Origin: Laetmonice hystrix
Taxonomy: Eukaryota
Assembly: GCA_965235115.1 (NCBI GenBank)
Contig: OZ249436.1
Span: 13,084,001-13,148,000 of the forward strand
DNA length: 64,000 nucleotides
Direction: 5' to 3'
The notes under the pieces are model-generated. The model searched no databases. It saw nothing but the letters and a program-made list of their open reading frames with translations, and was not told where the DNA came from. Both the position numbers and the translations under genes were made by a program. Position 1 is the first letter of the stretch. Every line of letters begins with the position of its first letter. Positions 40,421 through 51,122 of the stretch are shown here, piece by piece.

Positions 40421-41550
40421 CAACACGCTCAAGTCGATCCCCACACAGTAAAACATGCTCAAGTCGATCCCCACACAGTAAAACATGCTCAGGTCGATCC
40501 CCACACAGTAAAACATGCTCAAGTCGATCCCCACCCAGTAAAACATGCTCCAGTCGATCACCCAGTAAAACATGCTCAAGTCGATCCCCACCCAGTAAAA
40601 CATGCTCAAGTCGATCCCCACCCAGTAAAACATGCTCCAGTCGATCACCCAGTAAAACATGCTCAAGTCGATAACCCAGTAAAACATGCTCAAGTCGATC
40701 CCCACCCAGTAAAACATGCTCAAGTCGATCCCCACACAGTAAAACATGCTCAAGTCGATCCTCACCCAGTAAAACATGCTCAAGTCGATCCTCACCCAGT
40801 AAAACATGCTCAAGTCGATCCCCACCCAGTAAAACATGCTCAAGTCGATCCCCGCCCAGTAAAACATGCTCAAGCCGATCCTCACCCAGTAAAACATGCT
40901 CAAGTCGATCCCCGCCCAGTAAAACATGCTCAAGTCGATCCCCACCCAGTAAAACATGCTCAAGTCGGTCCCCACCCAGTAAAACATGCTCAAGTCGATC
41001 CTCACCCAGTAAAACATGCTCAAGGCGATCCCCACCCAGTAAAACATGCTCAAGTCGATCTCCACCCAGTAAAACATGCTCCAGTCGATCACCCAGTAAA
41101 ACATGCTCAAGTCGATCCCCACCCAGTAAAACATGCTCAAGTCGATCCCCACCCAGAAAAACACGCTCAAGTCGATCCCCACCCAGTAAAACACGCTCAA
41201 GTCGATCCCCACCCAGTAAAACATGCTCAAGCCGATCCCCACCCAGTAAAACATGCTCAAGTCGATCCCCACCCAGTAAAACATGCTCAAGCCGATCCCC
41301 ACCCAGTAAAACATGCTCAAGCCGATCCCCACCCAGTAAAACATGCTCAAGCCGATCCCCACCCAGTAAAACATGCTCAAGTCGATCCCCACCCAGTAAA
41401 ACATGCTCAAGTCGATCTCCACCCAGTAAAACATGCTCAAGTCGATCCCCACCCAGTAAAACATGCTCAAGTCGATTCCCACACAGTAAAACATGCTCAA
41501 GTCGATCCCCACACAGTAAAACATGCTCAAGTCGATCCCCACCTAGTAAA
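40421..41550. repeat. 30-bp minisatellite, ~38 copies, open reading frame on both strands
   Basis: Unit AAACATGCTCAAGTCGATCCCCACCCAGTA with a few 27-bp variants; underlies ORFs 40343-41578 (+) and 40301-41542 (-). Confidence 0.98.
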
Positions 41551-42617
41551 TTACTGTAGAAACTCTCATCCCAGATAAAGCCGAAGGTTATACTGAGGAC
41601 CTACCGGACCGGGGCTCCATCTAATTTATCATAAATTTACTTATCATAAAATAAGTGTGTAGCTTTTCATCCATTATTTGTGTATTCCTGACATAGGGCT
41701 GGAGTTTACTCAGATTACTCCCTAAATATCAGCCCATGCAGCTGTATAAATCCCCGGCAAATGGTGTTTGGATGGAATACAAAGCTGTCTATGGTAATGC
41801 CATCCATTCGGTTACTGAACATGTGCAAACACTATTACCAGGATGCCTTTACGATGGCCAACTTTGTGTAGATGTAATTAAATATGGCCTGTGTCACACA
41901 AACCGCCTTTCTCACTGAAAGCCTAGATCTCCATGCTGAACCGGACGGGCCTCTAGCAGGATCGGGTGGTACCCAGATCTACTACTAAAAACGGCGCTGC
42001 CCTGCGAGTCCAAGCTAAGTGTTTGACTGACACGCTCATAATACGGACGTCCATTACCAAAAACAATACCGGTGCGACTTTATTAGGACAAGCCTGCATG
42101 GGCAGCGCCGGTCTGGGCAGTCGCCATCCTGGTGGCGTCGGGCAGGGTCGAGGTCTCCTGGGAAGGGGTACCATTATCGCTGCCATAACAACTGGTCCCT
42201 ACCTCCGACCTCGCCAGTCCGACAAGAGTTCTTCATACGGCGGCTATGCTCCCGACACGGCTCAAAGCCAAATGTGTCTGAGCGTTATTGCATATGCCAT
42301 TCCGTTTCATGTTGTGTGCACGGTAGCATAAATTCCATGTGATCATAATCGAGTTTAGCTGATGGATTGTTGGCATCAGGTTTATCTGTGAACAACTACA
42401 CTATAGGCTTTCGGTAGACGTCAGGGCTATAGCTTAATGCATTTGATGGTAAATCATATTTGAAAGCATGGCGGCTCCGAGGCTGGGGTTCGCTGGGCAA
42501 AATGACTTCATATAACTATAATGGCCGAGTCTATGAGTAACAGGGCCTGAGGTCATCACGGAGATGGCTGGGACTCGTAAGGTATAAGCTAAACTCAGTG
42601 GGCATGGCTACGGCACA

Positions 42618-42868
42618 GGCTGAGCTCACAATGGATATCCCAGATTACGAGGGAGGAAGCTGAGTTCACAATGGAGATGGTCCAGATTATGAGGGGAGAG
42701 GCTGAGCTCACAATGGAGATGGTCCAGATCATAGGGGAGAGGCTGATCTCACAATGGAGATGGTCCAGATTACGAGGGGAGAGGCTGAGCTCACAATGGA
42801 GATGGTCCAGATTACGAGGGGTCTAACCTGAGCTCACAATGGAGAAGACCCAGATGACGAGGGGAGAA
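42618..42868. repeat. ~41-42 bp minisatellite, ~6 copies
   Basis: GCTGAGCTCACAATGGAGATGGTCCAGATTACGAGGGGAGAG-like units just upstream of the large HINE. Confidence 0.9.
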
Positions 42869-43577
42869 CCTAATCCCATAGCGGAGAGAGGTTATTATCC
42901 CATCCCCTTCAAGGGGGATGGGATTTTGAAATAGTACGGTTTCGTCTTCCCTATTATTATCCCATCCCCTTCAAGGGGGATGGGATTTTGAAATAGTACG
43001 GTTTCGTCTTCCCTATTATTATTATTATTTTTATTATACATGTATACATAGTAGTAGTAGTAGTCGTTAGACCAGGGTCATATTTTTGTCATTTTTCAAG
43101 ATATCCAAATGAAATTTGGTGGACACATAGATACCTGGACGTAGCTTCTTGCATATGACACATGACGTCATATGACGTCACGTCTTGACGTAAATGACGT
43201 CATTTGGATTTTAGACCTATACGCATGTCATGAAACCATAATCCAGCAATTTCCAAAACTTTTCATGGCATAATGATCGGACATAGATCCTTTTTACTTA
43301 TGATCATTATTTTGACCTATGACCTCTGACGTCATGGAAAAGTAGGTCACAGGTCAGAAACTGGTCAAATCGCATCTCCTCCGCCATCTTTTGAGAGAAT
43401 ATGATCATTTTTGGTGGAGAGGCCCCTTGTAGTGAGCCTTACTGGATCGTGGCCGAAAAATAAGCAATTTGACCTATTTTCGCAGACCACGTGATCTTGA
43501 AATTGCTAAAATTGACCATTGCAGATGCACATTGCTGTAACTCTAAAACCAAGCGAGATAGAGCCATGGTTACTATT

Positions 43578-44290
43578 GAAGACAGATAGGAAGTCATCTA
43601 TGGCCTTTCAAATGACACCATTTTTATTTAGGTCACGTGACCCCACGTGACTCTATGACGTCATCGGTATTTTCAGCTAGCAGTAACTTGGAAACAGAGC
43701 CAGATAGGCCCTTAGTTACTATTGAAGACAGATAGGAAGTCATCTATGGCCTTTCAAATGACACCATTTTTATTTAGGTCACGTGACCCCACGTGACCCT
43801 ATGACGTCATCGATTTTTTTTTTTGCTAGCAGTAACTTGGAAACAAAGCCAGATAGGCCCTTAGTTACTATTGAAGACAGATAGGAAGTCATGTATGGCC
43901 TTTCAAATGACACCATTTTTATTTAGGTCACGTGACCCTACGTGACCCTATGACGTCATCGGTATTTTCAGCTAGCAGTAACTTGGAAACAGAGCCAGAT
44001 AGGCCCTTAGTTACTATTGAAGACAGATAGGAAGTCATGTATGGCCTTTCAAATGACACCATTTTTATTTAGGTCACGTGACCCTACGTGACCCTATGAC
44101 GTCATCGATATTTTCAGATAGCAGTAACTTGGAAACAGAACTAGATAGGCCCATAGTTACTATTGGGGACAGATAGGAAGTCATATATGGCCTTTCAAAT
44201 GACACCATTTTTATTTAGGTCACGTGGCTCTACCTGACCCTATGACGTCATCGGTAATTTCAGATGACTGTAACTTGGAAAAAGAGCCAG
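43578..44290. repeat. 146-bp internal tandem array, 5 units (inner HINE)
   Basis: Unit starts at 43578, 43724, 43873, 44019 and 44165. Confidence 0.95.
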
Positions 44291-44390
44291 ATGTGTGCAT
44301 GGTTACGAATTAAACTCATGGGACATCTTATATCACCTTTCATTTCCCTATTTAAATGCTGTCACGTGACCCCATCTGGCTCCATGACCC

Positions 44391-45235
44391 TTTTTAGGTC
44401 ATTTTCAACCAAAAATCAGTGATATCTCGAAAACGGTTAAAGATATCAACGTCTGGTTTTCGCCATTGGAGTTAAGATGGAAAACTTGACCCATTTTCCT
44501 CGAATTTGAAAAATCCAAGATGGCGGCCAAGTTGACCTAATTTTTTATTTTAACACCATTGGATTGGGTAATGGGTCAGCTGTCTCTGACACCGAGATGG
44601 CTCCCCCAAAGTCAATAGTTTTCATGTTATGGCCCCTCAAAGTTGGCTCTTTTAGGTCATTTTCAACCAAAAATCATTGATATCTCTTAAACGGTTAAAG
44701 ATATCAACGTCTCGTTTTCGCCATTGGGGTTAGGATGGAAAACATGACCCTTTTTCCTCGAATTGGAAAAATCCAAGATGGCGGCCAAGTTGACCTAATT
44801 TTTGATTTTAACACCATTGGATTGGGTAATGGGTCAGCTGTCTCTGACACCGAGATGGCTCCCCTAAAATCAATAGTTTTCATGTTATGGCCTCTCAAAG
44901 TTGGCCCTTTTAGGTCATTTTCAACCAAAAATCAGTGATATCTCTAAAACGGTTAAAGATATCAACGTCTGGTTTTCGCCATTGGGGTTAAGATGGAAAA
45001 CTTGACCCATTTTCCTCGAATTGGAAAAATCCAAGATGGTGGCCAAGTTGACCCAATTTTCTATTTCAGCACCATTGGATTCGGTAATGGGTCAACTGTC
45101 TGTGACACCAAGATGGCTTCCCTAAAATCAATAGTTTCCATGGTAATGGCCCCTCAAAGTTGGCCATTTTAGGGAATTTTCAACCAAAGATCAATGATAT
45201 CTCAAAAATGGTTAAATATATCAATGTCTGGTGTT
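44391..45235. repeat. 258-bp internal tandem array, ~3.3 units (inner HINE)
   Basis: AGGTCATTTTCAACCAAAAATCA anchors at 44396, 44654 and 44912, with a diverged one at 45171. Confidence 0.93.
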
Positions 45236-46524
45236 CACCATTAATAACGTCACAAGGACGTCATGGATATATCACCAATACTAATTTGGTTATAACTCCT
45301 AAACGATGCAAGATAGAGCTATGGTTACTATTGAAGCCATATAGGAAGTCATATGTGGCCATTCGCTTGAGACCAATACCAATGACGTAGCATGACGTAT
45401 TACGTCATAATGACATGATTGACAATTTGTAAGACTTAAAAGTCTTAAACCGTGTCTCATAGACCCATGCTTACCAATAAATATGAATAGGAAGTCATAT
45501 ATGATCTTTCAAGTGACACCAATATTTCTGACATACCAAGTAACGTCACAATGACGTCATGCATATATCACCAATACTAAATATGGTTATAACTCCTAAA
45601 CGATGTCAGATAGACCTATGGTTACTATTGAAGCCATAGGAAGTCATAGGAAGTCATATGTGGTCATTCGCTTGACACCAATATCAATGACGTAGCATGA
45701 CGTATTACGTCATAATGACGTGATTAACAATTTCTGAGGCTTACTAGTCTTAAAGCATGTCACATAATAATGGCATCATTGGCATCTTCAAGGCTTGTAA
45801 GTCTCAAACCGTACAAGCATGATTACTATTGAACACGAATTAAAATTTATACATTCTCTTTCATTTGACACCAAGACATATTCTCAGGTAGGATGTGTAT
45901 GACCTATAAGCAAGGTCGAGGCACCTGGGGGGATGGGATCCTTCGTGGCATTCGCCACGTCAGGTCTAGTTATTATTATTATTATACATGTATACATAGT
46001 AGTAGTAGTAGTCGTTACACCAGGGTCATATTTTTGTCATTTTTCAAGATATCCAAATGAAATTTGGTGGACACATAGATACCTGCACATAGCTTCTTGC
46101 ATTTGACACATGACGTCATATGACGTCACGTCTTGACGTCATGACGTCTTTTGGATTTTAGACGTATGCGCATGTCATGAAACCATAATCCAGCAATTTC
46201 CAAAACTTTTCATGGCATAATCATCGGACATAGATCCTTTTCACTTATGATCATTATTTTGACCTATGACCTCTGACGTCATGGAAAAGTAGGTCACAGG
46301 TCAGAAACTGGTCAAATCGCATCTCCTCCGCCATTTTTTGAGAGAATATGATCATTTTTGTTGGAGAGGCCCCTTGTAGTGAGCCTTACTGGATCGTGGC
46401 CGAAAAATAAGCAATTTGACCTATTTTCGCAGACCACGTGACCTTGAAATTGCTAAAATTGACTATTGCAGATGCACATTGCTGTAACTCTAAAACCAAG
46501 TGAGATAGAGCCATGGTTACTATT

Positions 46525-47820
46525 GAAGACAGATAGGAAGTCATCTATGGCCTTTCAAATGACACCATTTTTATTTAGGTCACGTGACCCTACGTGACCC
46601 TATGACGTCATCGGTATTTTCAGCTGGCAGTAACTTAGAAACAGAGCCAGATAGGCCCTTAGTTACTATTGAAGACAGATAGGAAGTCATGTATGGCCTT
46701 TCAAATGACGCCATTTTTATTTAGGTCACGTGACCCTACGTGACCCTATGACGTCATCGGTATTTTCAGCTGGCAGTAACTTGGAAACAGAGCCAGATAG
46801 GCCCTTAGTTACTATTGAAGACAGATAGGAAGTCATGTATGGCCTTTCAAATGACACCATTTTTATTTAGGTCACGTGGCCCTACGTGACCCTATGACGT
46901 CATCGGTATTTTCAGCTAGCAGTAACTTGGAAACAGAGCCAGATAGGCCCTTAGTTACTATTGAAGACAGATAGGAAGTCATGTATGGCCTTTCAAATGA
47001 CGCCATTTTTATTTAGGTCACGTGACCCTACGTGACCCTATGACGTCATCAGTATTTTCAGCTAGCAGTAACTTGGAAACAGAGCCAGATAGGCCCTTAG
47101 TTACTATTGAAGACAGATAGGTAGTCATGTATGGCCTTTCAAATGACACCATTTTTATTTAGGTCACGTGACCCTACGTGACCCTGTGACGTCATCGGTA
47201 TTTTCAGCTAGCAGTAACTTGGAAACAGAGCCAGATAGGCCCTTAGTTACTATTGAAGACAGATAGGAAGTCATCTATGGCCTTTCAAATGACACCATTT
47301 TTATTTAGGTCACGTGACCCCACGTGACCCTATGATGTCATCGGTATTTTCAGCTAGCAGTAACTTGGAAACAGAGCCAGATAGGCCCTTAGTTACTATT
47401 GAAGACAGATAGGAAGTCATGTATGGCCTTTCAAATGACACTATTTTTATTTAGGTCACGTGACCCTACATGACCCTATGACGTCATCGGTATTTTCAGC
47501 TAGCAGTAACTTGGAAATACAGCCAGATAGGCCCTTAGTTACTATTGAAGACAGATAGGAAGTCATGTATGGCCTTTCAAATCACACCATTTTTATTTAG
47601 GTCACGTGACCCTACGTGACCCTATGACGTCATCGATATTTTCAGATAGCAGTAACTTGGAAACAGAACTAGATAGGCCCATAATTACCATTGGGGACAG
47701 ATAGGAAGTCATATATGGCCTTTCAAATGACACCATTTTTTTTTAGGTCACGTGGCTCTACCTGACCCTATGACGTCATCGGTAATTTCAGATGACTGTA
47801 ACTTGGAAAAAGAGCCAGAT
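46525..47820. repeat. 146-bp internal tandem array, 9 units (outer HINE)
   Basis: Unit starts at 46525, 46671, 46817, 46963, 47109, 47255, 47401, 47547 and 47693. Confidence 0.96.
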
Positions 47821-47918
47821 GTGTGCATGGTTACGAATTAAACTCATGGGACATCTTATATCACCTTTCATTTCCCTATTTAAATGCTGTCACGTGACCC
47901 CATCTGGCTCCATGACCC

Positions 47919-48765
47919 TTTTTAGGTCATTTTCAACCAAAAATCAGTGATATCTCGAAAACGGTTAAAGATATCAACGTCTGGTTTTCGCCATTGGAGT
48001 TAAGATGGAAAACTTGACCCATTTTCCTCGAATTTGAAAAATCCAAGATGGCGGCCAAGTTGACCTAATTTTTGATTTTAACACCATTGGATTGGGTAAT
48101 GGGTCAGCTGTCTCTGACACCGAGATGGCTCCCCCAAAATCAATAGTTTTCATGTTATGGCCCCTCAAAGTTGGCCCTTTTAGGTCATTTTCAACCAAAA
48201 ATCATTGATATCTCTAAAACAGTTAAAGATATCAACGTCTGGCTTTTCTCCATTGGGGTTAGGATGGAAAACATCACATATTTTTCTCGAATTTGAAAAA
48301 TCCAAGATGGCGGCCAAGTTGACCTATTTTTTTATTTTAACACCATTGGATTGGGTAATGGGTCAGCTGTCTCTGACACCGAGATGGCTCCCCTAAAGTC
48401 AATAGTTTTCATGTTATGGCCCCTCAAAGTTGGCCCTTTTAGGTCATTTTGAAACCAAAATCATTGATATCTCTAAAACGGTTAAAGATATCAACGTCTG
48501 GTTTTCACCATTGGGGTTAAGATGGAAAACTTGACCCATTTTCCTCGAATTTGAAAAATCCAAGATGGCGGCCAAGTTGACCCAATTTTCTATTTGAGCA
48601 CCATTGGATTGGGTAATGGGTCAACTGTCTGTGACACCATGATGGCTTCCCTAAAATCAATAGTTTCCATGGTATGGCCCCTCAAAGTTGGCCATTTTAG
48701 GGTATTTTCAACCAAAGATCAATGATATCTCAAAAATGGTTAAAAATATCAATGTCTGGTGTTCA
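47919..48765. repeat. 258-bp internal tandem array, ~3.3 units (outer HINE)
   Basis: Anchors at 47924, 48182 and 48441, with a diverged one at ~48699. Confidence 0.93.
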
Positions 48766-50872
48766 CCATTAATAACGTCACAAGGACGTCATGGATATAT
48801 CACCAATACCAATATGGTTATAACTCCTAAACGATGCAAGATAGAGCTATGGTTACTATTGAAGCCACATAGGAAGTCATATGTGGCCATTCGCTTGAGA
48901 CCAATACCAATGACGTAGCAGGATGTGTATGACCTATAAGCAAGGTCGAGGCACCTGGGGGGATGGGATCCTTCGTGGCATTCGCCACGTCAGGTCTAGT
49001 TATGTTTGTTTCATCAGTATGGTCTACTTTACCATACAGCGACTTCAACGGTTAACCGTGTCATAACTGTGCATGCTCTCTTCATAACTCCCCTAGAAAA
49101 TACCTTTATACTATTTATGAGGCAGAGGGGATATGGCAGAGATGCTAAGAGCATTAATAGCAGCTTCATAAGGATGATGTTGATGTAGACGGCAAGACTC
49201 TCCGGTTGAGAAATAACGAGGTTGGCTGAGCTCAAAACACCTGAGGTATCGGGTGGAAGGTCAGAGATAGCTTGCCATCCGCCAATGACACTCTCATCTG
49301 TGCAGCCGAGGACGGTGTGTCGGAGGGCTTCCTATCGCCCCTGGGTCTAATAGAACACCTGTGTCGTATCTCCCGGCCGGGGAACGTCTCACAATCTCCA
49401 CACGTCTGATGGGGACGGTTTCAGAGACTATCCTGGCGTAAAACAAGAACGCCACACGGTCCCTATTGGTCGGGAAGATAGCTTCATCATTCTCTTGGGC
49501 GACAGGCATAGAGCTTCACAGGTCCTGTGGGTCTAAACGGGCAGCCCCAGAGGCACGCAGTCCTTTATACACCACCTTATAGTTGATCGTGCGTCAATGA
49601 CATTAATGGAAGAACCGTCATAAAGCTGTTCAGATCGTCCAAGGTGGTGCATTTCTAGCGGAGATCAATGTCCCTGGGGTCCCGCGAGTAGACCGAGCCA
49701 TGATGGTCCGCCCGGCCTCAGCCACCCGCCGCCCGACGGTCCTGTCCGCCTGTCCAGTATGGGGCCTTCATTACTCGTGCCCCTCGTAGCTTCTTGCCGA
49801 CATAGCCCACATAGGGATCACCAAAGAAACCTCATTGGTACAGGACATCGTCATGCATCACCTCAACTTACTAGCATGGTGGCTGAATAATTTCCACCCA
49901 AAATGGATTGTTGACATTTTATCCTGGCACCTACGGAGTGAGGCATCCATTCTATTGATCTGTTCCAGTTTCCCCACGGATGAACGCTATGTAGAGCTAC
50001 ACACCACCGCCTTGTTTTTACTTGGGATAAAATCAGCCAGAGAAAGCAAAAATAAGCCAGGATCAGTTCACATATAGGACTTTAAAATGTGTTTTATAGA
50101 ATGCTTTTATCGAAGAGGATTTTGATGCCTAATGTTCATAGATTTCAAAATGTGCAGCGGTAGATAGGATCAAGCAGGGTCTAATGGATCGTCAGACATT
50201 TTTTACAACGGTAAAAGCACTCCAAGAGTAAAAAATCTAAGCATAATATCGTAGAAACGCTTTTTGTAACAAAACCTTTTAAGATATGGTCACATTTGCT
50301 CAGACATAGAGCCATGTATACGTGTACATGTATGCCAAGCCCTCTAACTCTATTTTTGTTGCAGTGTTTCACCCACACCAGCACTGTGATTTACCCTGAC
50401 GATACTTGCAAAGTGATTGAATTGAAAGATTGACTGCATGGCACAGTTTCCATGTGCAGCACCGTCAACAATAACTCAAGTGGAAACATTGATGGTGCCT
50501 TGGTGGTTTTACATCCTGCCGGAAACTGCTGGCCATCTTGAAGACGGGAACAATTCATTTCTTTCACTTTTTCTTTCTTTCCGGTGATGATGATACAGAC
50601 GATAACACAAGATAAATCTGCACACGGGACGCTACTCTTAGTAATAACCTTGGGTTCTCTTACGTTCATGTTTGAACATGTTCGCTGGGTTTAATATGTT
50701 CAGAGAAAAGGAACCTAGGTGTTAGTCCTAACTTAAGCCCGGTAGTTGAATTTTGTTACCCACGTCACAATGCCCCTTTTGATGTTTATCAATTCAAAAA
50801 GTTTCTTAAAGAAACTCCTGTAGTCAATAAACATAGGTTACAGACCTTTCCGTGTTACCCGGGGTACGTCTC

Positions 50873-51122
50873 CAGGGGCGGATCCAGGATTTTGGAAAAG
50901 GGGGGGGGGGCGGTTGGAATTAAAAGGGGGGCCGAGCCCTAGTAGGACAATTTTGAACATCTAGAGTCTCTGAAATGGCATTTCCTGAAATTTCCTGCAT
51001 TCTGAGAAAGCAAAATGTTTGCTTTTACAGTTGCAAACAACGAAATTTTGCCTTTTTTCTGATTGGTACCCTGACGAAAGGGGGGGCCGCGGCCCCCTCG
51101 GCCCCCCCTGAATCCGCCCCTG
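50873..51122. mobile_element. 250-bp MITE with 5-bp TSD (hAT5-like)
   Basis: Termini CAGGGGCGGATCCAGG and CCTGAATCCGCCCCTG. GTCTC is duplicated at 50868-50872 and 51123-51127. Confidence 0.88.

Larger units (their letters stand above)
42955..45970 (+). mobile_element. Inner complete copy of the same HINE/DINE-like element
   Basis: Has its own 5' subTIR/IR (42957-42986), (TAT)n and (TAG)n microsatellites, 5 x 146-bp and ~3 x 258-bp internal repeats, and an identical 3' subTIR, hairpin and CTAG (45966-45969). Confidence 0.9.
42892..49000 (+). mobile_element. Outer copy of Helentron/DINE-like non-autonomous element, split by a nested copy
   Basis: 5' TTATCCCATCCCC..GGGGGATGGGAT (subTIR plus inverted partner) at 42895-42924. 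The body resumes at 45971 in the (TAT)n tract. 3' end is GGGGATGGGAT, hairpin CGTGGC-ATTC-GCCACG, then TCTAGTT at ~48957-49001. No TSD; T-rich junctions. Confidence 0.9.

Noticed and set aside
40301..41542. 413-aa minus-strand hydrophobic repeat ORF (GIDLSMFYWV)n
   Set aside because: Antisense reading of the 30-bp minisatellite, starting inside the array at a non-ATG codon, with implausible composition.
44704..48918. Duplicated 63-76 aa ORFs (e.g. MVENDLKGPTLRGH, MAILG..QPKIND)
   Set aside because: They recur only because they lie in the two HINE copies; no Rep/helicase or other motif.
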